From Chlamydiia bacterium (GTDB taxonomy: Bacteria; Chlamydiota; Chlamydiia; Chlamydiales; GCA-2402025), in contig JAJACS010000008.1 in NCBI GenBank assembly GCA_022601395.1, forward strand, positions 1,203 through 65,202: 64,000 bases of DNA, read 5' to 3'. Under the pieces are notes generated by a model. The model made no database searches. It saw only the letters and a list, made by a program, of their open reading frames with translations, and had not been told where the DNA came from. How positions within the stretch are numbered: the first letter of the stretch is position 1; the number at the start of each line of letters is the position of its first letter. This document shows, piece after piece, positions 1 through 9,810 of the stretch. Position numbers and translations under genes: made by a program.

Positions 1-842
1 GTGAGCTTTCTTTCTAAAACTTCTTCACTAATAAATGTATAATTAGGGTGTGTTTGCAATGCGCATTCAAGAGCAATATGAGAAGCAGACCTTCCCATAA
101 GTTTTACAAAGTGTGTGTATTTTTTAGCAGAAATAGCATCTCTTTCTAGATTACCTATCATCTCAGAGTATGTCTTGCACGCTGTGTCAAAACCGAAGGA
201 CATTTCAACATATTTATTCCGTAAGTCCCCGTCAATTGTTTTAGGAACACCAATAACCTTTGTTGTACAACCATTCTTGACTAAGTATTCAGCAAGTACC
301 ACCGCATTTGTATTAGAGTCATCTCCTCCTATCACAACAAGACCATCTAACTTTAACTCTTGTATTGTTTGCAAAGAAGACTTTAGCTGCTCTTCTGTTT
401 CAATTTTCGTTCTTCCAGAACCAATAAGGTCGAAGCCGCCTGTGTTTCTGTAGGAGGACACAAATTCCCTATCTAGCTCATGAATATTACCTTCAATGAT
501 TCCAGAAGGACCATTTAGAAAACCAACTAGGTGAGAATCTGGATTTAATGTTTTAAGGGCATCAAAAAGTCCAATGATCACATTATGACCCCCTGCAGCT
601 TGACCACCTGATAAAACAACACCTACTCTAAAAGGAGGAAAATCTTTTTTATCTTTTGCTATGTTTGCGCTCAAAAGAGGTAAACCAAATAGATGCGGAA
701 AAAGAGACTGAATCTCTTCAAGATCTGAAACAGATGAAGTATCTTTTTCTTTTTCAAAACAAACAGAAGCTAAGTTTTCAAAAATTTCAGGTAAATGTAG
801 TTGATAGTTCTTTCTAGCACTTAAAAGAGGGCTTTCTGTCAT
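1..842 (-). CDS. pfp: Pyrophosphate-dependent phosphofructokinase, truncated by the window edge
   Basis: Not in the ORF track. Manual minus-strand translation from ATG at 842 (AGGAG SD upstream) gives MTESPLL...RVGVVLSGGQAAGGHNVI...RNTGGFDLIGSGRTKI...LVVIGGDDSNTNA...GVPKTIDGDL...FGFDTACKTYSEMIGN...KLMGRSASHIALECALQTHPN, the PPi-PFK motifs. Confidence 0.95.
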   Translation of the reverse strand, partial: MTESPLLSARKNYQLHLPEIFENLASVCFEKEKDTSSVSDLEEIQSLFPHLFGLPLLSANIAKDKKDFPPFRVGVVLSGGQAAGGHNVIIGLFDALKTLNPDSHLVGFLNGPSGIIEGNIHELDREFVSSYRNTGGFDLIGSGRTKIETEEQLKSSLQTIQELKLDGLVVIGGDDSNTNAVVLAEYLVKNGCTTKVIGVPKTIDGDLRNKYVEMSFGFDTACKTYSEMIGNLERDAISAKKYTHFVKLMGRSASHIALECALQTHPNYTFISEEVLERKL

Positions 843-1063
843 GGGTGTCTCCTACTCAAAATTTCCCGGAGTATTACGAAATGATTAGAAATAATAAAGG
901 AAAAATTGAAAGTCTTACCAAGTACAGAATACGTTAATAAACCCTCTTTTTATAAAAAAATCGCAAATTTAAAATTTTAATACGGATAACCTTGGATATT
1001 CTCTTTGCACAAAAGGTACTAAAAATCTTAAAATCATCCTTTGAAAATTTCGATATGGAATCT

Positions 1064-2683
1064 ATGAGTAAGTATATATTTATGACAGGCGGAGTGGTCT
1101 CTTCTCTAGGAAAAGGACTAACCTCTGCGTCTATTGCTCTTCTTCTTGAAGCAAGAGGCTACAAAGTCGCTATGCTTAAGCTAGACCCCTATTTAAATGT
1201 TGATCCAGGAACAATGAGTCCCTATCAGCATGGGGAAGTTTATGTCACAGACGATGGCGCAGAAACTGACCTCGACCTTGGGCACTACCATAGGTTTACA
1301 AATGCTCACCTATCAAAATTTTCCAATGCGACTTCAGGACAAGTCTACGATACTGTTATCAAAAATGAGCGTCACGGTGATTATCTTGGAAAAACCGTGC
1401 AAGTGATCCCCCATGTGACTGATGAGATAAAAAGACGTATTCTTCTCTCTTCAAATCATAATCAAAATCCTGATGTCACTTTTGTCGAAATCGGAGGAAC
1501 TGTAGGTGATATTGAGTCTCTTCCTTTCTTAGAAGCAATTAGACAGTTTAGGTTAAAGCACGCAAAAGACTGCTTAAACATACATCTCACTTATGTGCCT
1601 TATTTAAAGGCTGCAGGAGAGCTTAAAACAAAGCCAACGCAACACTCTGTACAAGTTCTTCGTGAAATTGGAATCATTCCTGATCTAATCTTATGCCGAT
1701 GCGAAGACCCTCTTCCTCAAGAAATCAAAGAAAAGATCGCTCTTTTCTGTTCTGTTGATAAGGACGCTGTGATTGAAGAGCCTGATGTGAAGCATTCTAT
1801 TTATGAAGTTCCCCTTTCCTTAAAACATTTTGGTTTGGATGCGACTGTTTGCAAGCTACTCGATCTTAAGCTTAATAAGTGTAATGTCAAAGAGTGGGAA
1901 GAAATTGTTAGAAAGGTAAAGAACCCAAAGAAAACAGTTTCTATTGGTATTGTCGGAAAGTATCTCCAGCATCAAGATGCCTACAAATCTGTTTTTGAGG
2001 CATTAACACATGCTGCTGTCCAGCAAGAAGCAAAGCTTAAAATTGTCTCTATTGACTCAGAAAAATTCTCAAATGATCAAGACATCGAAGAAAAGATTAA
2101 AGAGTGCGATGGAATCCTAATTCCTGGCGGTTTCGGTGAAAGAGGTTTTGAGGGGAAAATTCGAGTTGCAAAGTATGCAAGAGAAAACAACATCCCTTAC
2201 TTTGGAATCTGCCTTGGCATGCAGGTTCTTGCTGTAGAGTTTGTAAGGAATGTTCTCGGACATAGCGACGCAAACTCAACAGAAATGGAACCAGAAACCA
2301 ACACACCTATTATTTCACTACTTAGCGAGCAAAGTAGAGTGACAGATTTAGGCGGAACGATGAGGCTTGGTGCTTATACGACTCATCTTACAAAAGGAAC
2401 GAAAGCACACAAAGCTTATAAAGAAAATACAGTTTCAGAAAGACATAGGCATAGATACGAGTTTAATAATGCATATATCGATGAGTGCAAAGAAAAGGGT
2501 CTTGTTATCTCTGGACAATATAAAGAAAAATCTCTTTGTGAAATTTTGGAAATCAAAGATCATCCTTGGATGCTTGGTTCTCAGTTTCATCCTGAATTTA
2601 AATCAAAACCAACAAAGCCGCACCCACTTTTTGCAGACTTTGTTAAAGCATCAATAAACAACAGTAAAGGAAATCATGGGTAA
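1064..2683 (+). CDS. pyrG: CTP synthase
   Basis: KYIFMTGGVVSSLGKG, DPYLNVDPGTMSPYQHGEV, GICLGMQ, ERHRHRYE, QFHPE. Start moved from TTG 992 to ATG 1064 (1055 also possible). Confidence 0.98.
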   Translation: MSKYIFMTGGVVSSLGKGLTSASIALLLEARGYKVAMLKLDPYLNVDPGTMSPYQHGEVYVTDDGAETDLDLGHYHRFTNAHLSKFSNATSGQVYDTVIKNERHGDYLGKTVQVIPHVTDEIKRRILLSSNHNQNPDVTFVEIGGTVGDIESLPFLEAIRQFRLKHAKDCLNIHLTYVPYLKAAGELKTKPTQHSVQVLREIGIIPDLILCRCEDPLPQEIKEKIALFCSVDKDAVIEEPDVKHSIYEVPLSLKHFGLDATVCKLLDLKLNKCNVKEWEEIVRKVKNPKKTVSIGIVGKYLQHQDAYKSVFEALTHAAVQQEAKLKIVSIDSEKFSNDQDIEEKIKECDGILIPGGFGERGFEGKIRVAKYARENNIPYFGICLGMQVLAVEFVRNVLGHSDANSTEMEPETNTPIISLLSEQSRVTDLGGTMRLGAYTTHLTKGTKAHKAYKENTVSERHRHRYEFNNAYIDECKEKGLVISGQYKEKSLCEILEIKDHPWMLGSQFHPEFKSKPTKPHPLFADFVKASINNSKGNHG

Positions 2684-3104
2684 AGTGATTGGTATTGACT
2701 ATGGAATGGCTAGAGTAGGCCTCGCTGTCTCTGACGACAGCAGCATTATGGCTTTTCCACTAAAGTGTATTGGCGCGCTTAAAGATCATAAAAAAACAGC
2801 AGAAGCTATTATAAAAGAAACAGAAGCTAGTAACGTTGACTCTTTTGTGATAGGACTTCCTCTTCTAATGAGCGGCAAAGATAGCGATATGACAAGAGAA
2901 GTACGTACTTTTACAAAGACACTCGAAGAAGTATCTGGTAAAAAAGTAGCTCTTTGGGATGAGAGGCTCACAAGTAAAGAGATTGAAAAGCTCCTAATAG
3001 AAGGAGATATGAAAAGAAAGAAAAGGTCGAAATTCATCGATACTCTTTCTGCAACTCTCATTTTGCAAAGCTACCTAGACTCGCAAAAACAACTTCAGAT
3101 TTAA
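2676..3104 (+). CDS. yqgF: YqgF/RuvX family RNase H-fold nuclease (pre-16S rRNA processing)
   Basis: IGIDYGMARVGLAVSD, VIGLPL, WDERLTS, D..SATLILQSYLD. Confidence 0.95.
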   Translation: MGKVIGIDYGMARVGLAVSDDSSIMAFPLKCIGALKDHKKTAEAIIKETEASNVDSFVIGLPLLMSGKDSDMTREVRTFTKTLEEVSGKKVALWDERLTSKEIEKLLIEGDMKRKKRSKFIDTLSATLILQSYLDSQKQLQI

Positions 3105-3180
3105 CAAAAAAACTTGATTTTTTACCCCTCGCTCGTTAGAAACAAGGGAAGATTTAAAACATTTTCTCACAGGAATACCT

Positions 3181-4725
3181 ATGACTCAAAATGACCAGCA
3201 TCCCTTAGAAGAACTAGGTCATCAACAAAGAACTTTAGATCCTTGTCTCCTTGTTATTTTTGGCGCTACAGGAGACCTAACATCAAGAAAACTTTTTCCC
3301 GCGATCTACAATTTAAAAAGAGAAGGGCAACTACCTGCCTCTTTTGCTTGTACAGGTTTTGCAAGAAGAAAAAAATCGCATGAAGAGTTTCGAGATGAAA
3401 TGAAAGAGGCTATCAATAAGCACTCTAGAGTAAAGCCTATCGACGAGTCTATCTGGGGTAGTTTTCAAGATAAAATCTTTTATCATGAGTCAAGCTTTGA
3501 TGAGCCTGAAGGCTATAAGAAACTAAAAACGTTTTTAGAAGAGCTTGATACCAAGTTCGGAACAAAAGGTAACAGGGTCTTTTACCTTTCAACACAGCCA
3601 AGTTACTTTCCAATCATCATTGAGCAGCTCGAGCAAAATGGCTTGATGTATAACTACGAAACAGTAAAAGACAAATGGTCACGCGTTATTATCGAAAAGC
3701 CTTTTGGTCACGATCTCGACTCCGCACATGCCCTTCAAGCTGACCTTCTAAAACATATTGCAGAGCCGCAGTTATTCAGAATTGACCACTACCTTGGTAA
3801 AGAAACGGTACAAAATCTTCTTGCCTTTAGATTCTCAAACTCAATCTTCGAATCTCTTTGGAATGGCCGATATATCGATCATGTTCAAATTACAGCCGCA
3901 GAAGAGCTCGGCATTGGCACAAGAGGAAAGTTCTATGAAGAGCAAGGACTCTCAAGAGACTTCATCCAAAACCACCTTATGCAACTTCTATCCCTTGTTG
4001 CGATGGAACCTCCTCATAACTTAAGCGCCGATGCTGTAAGAGATGAAAAGGTAAAAGTCTTGGAATGTATTAGCCCGTTCAACGAAGAAACCTTCGAAAC
4101 AAATGCATGCCGCGGGCAATACGAAAAAGGCTTTATCTCCGGAGAGGCTGTTAAAGGATACAGAGAAGAAGATAATGTAGATCCAAAATCCTCTGTCGAA
4201 ACCTATGCAGCTTTGAAGCTTTATATCGACAATTGGAGATGGGATGGCGTTCCCTTCTATATAAGGGGAGGAAAAAGACTTCCTAAAAGAGCTACAGAGA
4301 TCGCAGTGACCTTCAAACTTCCTCCTGGAAAGCTATTTTGCAAAACGGGGCAGAAAATTGAGCCCGACACTCTCGCTATTCGCATACAGCCCAATGAAGG
4401 GATCTCTCTTAAGATGAACTGCAAGGTTCCAGGGCCATCTAGCCCTATTCAACCTGTGAAAATGGACTTTAGGTATGGAGCATTTTTCGGCCTAGCACCT
4501 CCTGAAGCTTATGAAAGGCTTATTTGTGACTGCATTGTAGGAGACAGCACACTCTTTGCAAGGCAAGATGAAGTATTTAACTCTTGGCGCATACTCACTC
4601 CTTTATTAGAATATTGGGGATCGAAAAAACCAGAAAACTTCCCGAACTACCAAGCAGGCAGCTGGGGTCCAAAAGTATCTGACGATATGATGGAGCGTGA
4701 TGGAAGAAAATGGAGATTAATTTAA
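3181..4725 (+). CDS. zwf: Glucose-6-phosphate 1-dehydrogenase
   Basis: IFGATGDL, IIEKPFGHDL, RIDHYLGKETVQN, RWDGVPFYIRGGKRL. Confidence 0.98.
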   Translation: MTQNDQHPLEELGHQQRTLDPCLLVIFGATGDLTSRKLFPAIYNLKREGQLPASFACTGFARRKKSHEEFRDEMKEAINKHSRVKPIDESIWGSFQDKIFYHESSFDEPEGYKKLKTFLEELDTKFGTKGNRVFYLSTQPSYFPIIIEQLEQNGLMYNYETVKDKWSRVIIEKPFGHDLDSAHALQADLLKHIAEPQLFRIDHYLGKETVQNLLAFRFSNSIFESLWNGRYIDHVQITAAEELGIGTRGKFYEEQGLSRDFIQNHLMQLLSLVAMEPPHNLSADAVRDEKVKVLECISPFNEETFETNACRGQYEKGFISGEAVKGYREEDNVDPKSSVETYAALKLYIDNWRWDGVPFYIRGGKRLPKRATEIAVTFKLPPGKLFCKTGQKIEPDTLAIRIQPNEGISLKMNCKVPGPSSPIQPVKMDFRYGAFFGLAPPEAYERLICDCIVGDSTLFARQDEVFNSWRILTPLLEYWGSKKPENFPNYQAGSWGPKVSDDMMERDGRKWRLI

Positions 4726-4729
4726 GCAT

Positions 4730-5827
4730 ATGTCATCGGAAAACATCGTACATCCATCAGAAATAGAGAGCCAACTAACAACGATTTGGGATTCTCTTCA
4801 AGGTAAAGGAAAGACAAGAGCTAGTCTTTTCAACCTGATTATTTACTCCAATCTGAACACAAGAACAGACTATCTCTATGAAATTTCTCAGAAGCTTATT
4901 GAAAAATTTCCATCTAGGATTATTTTCATTACTGTTGATGATAAAGCTCCAAGTGAAACGCTTAAAACATCCGTTTCAGTTATATCCTCTGAATCAGAAA
5001 ACAGTGAAACCGCTTGTGACTTCATCAATATCTTGCTGAGTAAGGACTCTGAAGAAAGGGCTCCCTTTTTAATTTTGCCACACCTTCTTACAGATCTTCC
5101 AATCTACTTGCTTTGGGCTGACGACCCGTCTAAAAATGATCCCACAGGTCAAAAGCTTGAAAAACTCGCCACAAGAGTGATTTTTGATTCTGAATCTACG
5201 GATCATCTTGGAGATTTCGCATCAGCACTCCTGAAGCATAAAGACAACTCTGGATCAGATATAGCTGATTTAAATTGGGCCCGTATAGAAGGGTGGAGAA
5301 CACTTCTTGCAGAAACATTTAATTCAAAAGAAAAACTCTCTGATCTTAGCACTCTTTCTCAGATGAAAATCTTTTACAACTGCACTGAAAATAACTTTTT
5401 CTGCCATACCAAAATACAAGCTCTGTACCTGCAAACATGGATTGCAACGCAAATGAATTGGGAGTTTACAAAGTCCAAAAAACATGAAGAAAACACTCAC
5501 TTCTATTACAAAAATGCAGGGAAAGAAGTAGAACTTATCCTAGTGCCAACAAACAAGAAAAACGTTGCTCCAGGAAGGTTGATTAGTATTGAAATCACAA
5601 CAGAGAAAAAAGACACTTTTCAGATTAAAAGAAAAGAAGATCAGCCACACGTAATCGATGTAGAGTATTCTACACCAAATTTCTGCCAACTCCCCTTTCA
5701 GTTTATTTTTGATCGTTACGAATCTGGACAAACTCTTGTGAAAGAGATTTTCCACAAAGGCACAAGCAATCACTACCTAAAAATGTTAAACACTCTATCA
5801 AAGTTCGAAGACCGGGATCTACTATAA
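4730..5827 (+). CDS. opcA: OpcA-like glucose-6-phosphate dehydrogenase assembly/regulatory protein
   Basis: Lies between zwf and pgl; motifs RASLFNLIIY, FPSRII, LPHLLTDLPIYLLW, RVIFDS, ADLNWARIEGWRTLLA resemble OpcA. Confidence 0.85.
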   Translation: MSSENIVHPSEIESQLTTIWDSLQGKGKTRASLFNLIIYSNLNTRTDYLYEISQKLIEKFPSRIIFITVDDKAPSETLKTSVSVISSESENSETACDFINILLSKDSEERAPFLILPHLLTDLPIYLLWADDPSKNDPTGQKLEKLATRVIFDSESTDHLGDFASALLKHKDNSGSDIADLNWARIEGWRTLLAETFNSKEKLSDLSTLSQMKIFYNCTENNFFCHTKIQALYLQTWIATQMNWEFTKSKKHEENTHFYYKNAGKEVELILVPTNKKNVAPGRLISIEITTEKKDTFQIKRKEDQPHVIDVEYSTPNFCQLPFQFIFDRYESGQTLVKEIFHKGTSNHYLKMLNTLSKFEDRDLL

Positions 5828-6576
5828 TGAAAACGAAAAATTGGGATGAAAGACGTAAAATCATTGTTCCTGGAAACAAAGAAGAAACCATCACATTTTG
5901 CGTTGAGCATTTTATCAGTTGTGCAAATGATGCCATAAAAGATCATGGAAGCTTCTTTGTAGCTCTTTCTGGCGGATCTACTCCAAAAGCCATGTTTGAG
6001 CTTCTAGCTGAAAAATATGCAGACAAAGTTGACTGGTCTAAAGTACATCTCTTTTGGAGTGATGAAAGGTCTGTTAAGCCTGAAAACCCTGATAGCAACT
6101 ACAACATGGCCATGAGCTCAGGTTTTGCAAAACTTCCCCTTATAGGCGATCATATCCACCGTATGGTCGCAGAAGACAACATCGAGGTGAATGCAAAAGC
6201 TTATGAGGAAACGATCCATAACACACTCGAAGATCAACCCTTTGACCTTATCATGCTTGGTATGGGTGAAGATGGCCATACAGCGTCTCTCTTTCCAGGT
6301 ACAGAAGGCCTGAAAGAGAGCACAAGAAAAGTCATCCCCAATTTCATCCCAGAAAAAGACACCTGGCGCATGACCATGACCTTCCCCCTTATTAATCAAG
6401 CTCACAATATCGCGATTTATGTCCTCGGTGAGGGCAAAAAAGAGCGTATCCTCTCTGTCCTATCTGAGAAGGACGAATCCCACCTGTTACCATCCGCAAA
6501 GGTAGGAACGAGTAAAAATCCAGCAGTTTGGATCGCAGACTCTGGAGCTAGCTCATTGATATTCAACAACTTATAA
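5827..6576 (+). CDS. pgl: 6-phosphogluconolactonase
   Basis: ALSGGSTP, FWSDERSV..DSNY, LGMGEDGHTASLFP, RMTMTFP. Confidence 0.96.
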   Translation: MKTKNWDERRKIIVPGNKEETITFCVEHFISCANDAIKDHGSFFVALSGGSTPKAMFELLAEKYADKVDWSKVHLFWSDERSVKPENPDSNYNMAMSSGFAKLPLIGDHIHRMVAEDNIEVNAKAYEETIHNTLEDQPFDLIMLGMGEDGHTASLFPGTEGLKESTRKVIPNFIPEKDTWRMTMTFPLINQAHNIAIYVLGEGKKERILSVLSEKDESHLLPSAKVGTSKNPAVWIADSGASSLIFNNL

Positions 6577-6702
6577 AAAATCGTAAGTCACTGCTTACCA
6601 ACCACTTACGGGTGAATACTTTTTCTTTAAGTCTTTAAAATCTAATTGTTTACATATCCATTTTATTCGTTTTTAAATATTCTTTATATAGTTTCAAATA
6701 TT

Positions 6703-6711
6703 TGCTATAAT
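6703..6711 (+). promoter_or_regulatory. Extended -10 element (TGnTATAAT) of the 6770 gene
   Basis: TGCTATAAT in an AT-rich intergenic region about 60 nt upstream of the ATG; GGAG SD at -9. Confidence 0.55.
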
Positions 6712-6769
6712 AGTATACGAAAGTGAATAGCTTAATAATAAATAATAAAAAACCCAAATGGAGTAAATA

Positions 6770-8629
6770 ATGGCTACAAGTAACGGAATAGATGCCTCAG
6801 TCGGCCCCGTGGACGATGGATTCAATCCAAGTCCTGTAACAGACACCCCAAAACTTACACATACAGAAGAAAAAACAGTGACAGCAGCAGCAAGAGCTAC
6901 ACCTGACTCTCCTCTCTCTGATGCCGATTCAGCTATCGGTAGTAGTATTACTGGCGGATCACCTGTTAGTGCTTTGACTGCCAAATCCTTTGAAAAAAGA
7001 GTATCTGTTATTAAAGAACATGCAGATATTGAAGGCTGGGAAAGCTTTAAAGAATTATTAGTGGAACTAGAGGTTCCAATCAAAGAAGAAGAAGCAAAAT
7101 TAAAAGAATTAGAAAAAGAAATTAAGTCTTTAAAAGAATCTGGCGCAGAAGCTGGATTAATAGCAGCTAAAGAAGGAGATGCTGCTGCTTGTAAAGAAGC
7201 GCTAGCACCTTTAAAAGCTCAATTAAAAGAATTGAGAATGAAAATTTCAACATTTAAAGCATCTAGCATTCTTTTGAAAATGAGAGATAAGACAGCTACA
7301 AGAAGCACTCAAAGTGGCCTTGCAGCACTTTCTCCTGAATATCAAGCAGAAGATAAAGCTTCAAAAAGAACAATGGACGCACTAGGACTTGATCCTGTAA
7401 AGCCTAAGAAAGATAAAGAGCTTGAAGCTAAAAAGGCAAAAGTTGCGACAATTCAAGCAACTGTTGCTAGAATGCCAAAAGCTGAGTTCGATGCAGCTAT
7501 GACAAAAATGCACGCAGCACTAGCGCCACGCATGAGCGTTGTGAAAGGACCGACTGGATTTACTGCTGTTGCGAACACAGGCGATGCGGCATCTACAACA
7601 AGAGTTAAAGGCGCGCAAGCAGCTATTGTTATGGGAAGTAACGATATCCATCAAGTCTCTGCCTTCCATAGAAATGTTTGGTCAAAGCTGACTCCAGAAG
7701 AGCAAAAAGACTTTAAGATTTATATCAGTGGTTACGGTGGTCACGGTACAATGAGTGGTCCTATTTTTGGACAGACAGAAGCCGCTACAATGGCTAAATG
7801 GCTTGTTGACCTAGGCGTTCCTGCTGAAAATATCGAGATCGAACCTAACGCTACAAACTCTGGACAAAACGTTCAATTTGCTGATGAGTTTTTTAGAGCA
7901 GATGAGTACTTCGGTGAACAGCCACCAAGAAACATCATCGTTTCGGGAACTCCTGCTGGATGTTATAGACAGGTGCTATCACTACTAAAGCAGAGTGAAT
8001 ACGGCGGCGATTTTGAAACGCTTACACTTCACCCAACAGAAGATCCAACGGGTGACTACTTTGACGATGAGTCAAAAAAGCACATCTATGCTCTAAGTTA
8101 CTTTAGAGAGTTAGGATCATACGTTGCATATAGCGTCGGATCACAATATATCGCTCCGATTCCAGTGCACCACGAAGCAGATCTAAAAGCTGGTATTGTA
8201 GAAACGCTGAAATTCTATAACAAACTTCAGCCGGCAAGCGAGCAAATGCCAGATGATGTTTGTCTCGAAGAAGCTACAAGAATCGCAAATCTGTTTGTTG
8301 AGTTCCAAAACGAGAAAGCAGCTTTAACAGATAACGGTCAAAAAACGCTCACAGCTGGTGAAATGGATGCACTAAAAGCAAAGTACAAAGATGTTACAGA
8401 CGTTTTCGGACCTGTAAATAGCTTCTTTAGAGGTGCTTTTGGTGATATCGAAGCTGTTGAAATGGAAAGGATCCCAAGAGGTCTAACTCATGCAGAGCAC
8501 TCACAGAGACTAAGAGATCTTCACGCTTCTAAAGAAGCTAAAGATCTTATGAGTGATGCTCACCTTCCAAGTGGAGCTGAGACATTCACAGCAAGAGCTC
8601 CTATGCTAGAGAATCCAAGAGATGTATAA
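6770..8629 (+). CDS. Orphan protein: S/T/P-rich N-terminus, coiled coil and YdcF/DUF218-like domain; candidate secreted effector
   Basis: AIVMGSNDI...IYISGYGGHG...TEAATMAKWLVDLGVPAENIEIEPNATNSGQNVQF matches the DUF218 (YdcF/ElyC/SanA) pattern. It has its own promoter and terminator. Confidence 0.7.
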   Translation: MATSNGIDASVGPVDDGFNPSPVTDTPKLTHTEEKTVTAAARATPDSPLSDADSAIGSSITGGSPVSALTAKSFEKRVSVIKEHADIEGWESFKELLVELEVPIKEEEAKLKELEKEIKSLKESGAEAGLIAAKEGDAAACKEALAPLKAQLKELRMKISTFKASSILLKMRDKTATRSTQSGLAALSPEYQAEDKASKRTMDALGLDPVKPKKDKELEAKKAKVATIQATVARMPKAEFDAAMTKMHAALAPRMSVVKGPTGFTAVANTGDAASTTRVKGAQAAIVMGSNDIHQVSAFHRNVWSKLTPEEQKDFKIYISGYGGHGTMSGPIFGQTEAATMAKWLVDLGVPAENIEIEPNATNSGQNVQFADEFFRADEYFGEQPPRNIIVSGTPAGCYRQVLSLLKQSEYGGDFETLTLHPTEDPTGDYFDDESKKHIYALSYFRELGSYVAYSVGSQYIAPIPVHHEADLKAGIVETLKFYNKLQPASEQMPDDVCLEEATRIANLFVEFQNEKAALTDNGQKTLTAGEMDALKAKYKDVTDVFGPVNSFFRGAFGDIEAVEMERIPRGLTHAEHSQRLRDLHASKEAKDLMSDAHLPSGAETFTARAPMLENPRDV

Positions 8630-8663
8630 TTAGCATCCTAAGTATCTAGAAAAGCAACAATAT

Positions 8664-8703
8664 GCTATGATCTTATCACCTTTAAGATCATAGCTTTTTT
8701 TTT
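8664..8703 (+). terminator. Intrinsic terminator after the 6770 gene
   Basis: GCTATGATCTTA-N7-TAAGATCATAGC, a perfect 12-bp stem followed by T9. Confidence 0.8.
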
Positions 8704-9720
8704 ATGTTAGTTCTCGGAATAGAATCTACCTGTGATGAAACAGCCATAGCAATTGTTGAAAATGGTCGTACCATCCATACAAACGTCTTAAGATCTCAGA
8801 TCGAGACTCATAAGCGCTATGGGGGCGTTTTTCCAGAGCTTGCCAGCAGGCAGCATGTAGATCACCTACTCCCTCTTATAGAAAAAGCTTTAAAAGAAGC
8901 AAGCTTCTCAAGAAAAGATATAGACCTTATAGCAGTTTCTTATGCGCCAGGTCTTATCGGCTGCATCGTAATGGGCTTAAACTGCGCAAAAGCCCTCTCG
9001 TATGCACTAGACACCCCCTTTATAGGGGTTCATCATGTAGAAGCCCATCTATACTCTGCTATTATGAGTAGAGAAAAAGAAGCTACTTACCCAGCTCTTG
9101 GTCTTGTCTTATCAGGTGGTCATACTCTGATGGCAAGAATTGATGATATCGGCTCCTATACCCTTATTGGTTCTACTGTGGATGATGCTATAGGGGAATG
9201 CTTCGATAAAGTAGCAAGATTCTTAGACCTCCCCTATCCAGGAGGCCCTGAAATCGAAAAACTTGCCCGATCAGGTGACTGCACAAAGTACCCCTTTAAA
9301 GCCGGCAGAGTAAAAGAACACCCTTTGCATTTCTCCTTTAGTGGACTCAAGACGAATGTTCTCTATTCAATTAAAGGACAAAATAACGATAAAACAGCTC
9401 CTTCTATACTCTCAGAAAAGGAAAAAGCTGATGTAGCAGCTTCTTTCCAAAAGGCAGCATTCAAAGACATCGTTAAAAAAACGATCCTAGCGGCCCAGAT
9501 GGAGAATGTAAAAGATGTCTATCTTGGAGGAGGCGTAACAAACAGCCAAGCTCTTAGGGATATGTTCGATAAAGAAGGTAGTAAGCTTAATTTTTATTTC
9601 CCTAAAAAAGAGCTTTGTTTAGACAATGCTGCGATGATAGCAGGCCTTGGCTACCACAAATATCTGTCTGAGAATGCAAGTAGCTTAGACCTTGAGGCTG
9701 TGCCTAGAAAGCAGCTTTAG
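8704..9720 (+). CDS. tsaD: tRNA N6-threonylcarbamoyladenosine synthesis protein TsaD
   Basis: LGIESTCDET, YGGVFPELASRQH, HHVEAH, LVLSGGHT, DDAIGECFDKVAR, FSFSGLKT, DNAAMIA. Confidence 0.97.
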   Translation: MLVLGIESTCDETAIAIVENGRTIHTNVLRSQIETHKRYGGVFPELASRQHVDHLLPLIEKALKEASFSRKDIDLIAVSYAPGLIGCIVMGLNCAKALSYALDTPFIGVHHVEAHLYSAIMSREKEATYPALGLVLSGGHTLMARIDDIGSYTLIGSTVDDAIGECFDKVARFLDLPYPGGPEIEKLARSGDCTKYPFKAGRVKEHPLHFSFSGLKTNVLYSIKGQNNDKTAPSILSEKEKADVAASFQKAAFKDIVKKTILAAQMENVKDVYLGGGVTNSQALRDMFDKEGSKLNFYFPKKELCLDNAAMIAGLGYHKYLSENASSLDLEAVPRKQL

Positions 9721-9729
9721 AGGTTTTAC

Positions 9730-9758
9730 TTGTAACTTAAAGTTTTTCACCCTAAAAT
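9730..9758 (+). promoter_or_regulatory. Sigma66/70-type promoter of rpmG
   Basis: TTGTAA-17 nt-TAAAAT. Confidence 0.55.
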
Positions 9759-9810
9759 GGTCCCTATATATTTAAAAAACCGAGTACAATTTAATTTTTA
9801 AGGATGTTAT

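Noticed and set aside
115-453. 112-aa plus-strand ORF in the track
   Set aside because: Antisense shadow of pfp, which occupies the minus strand with full motif support.
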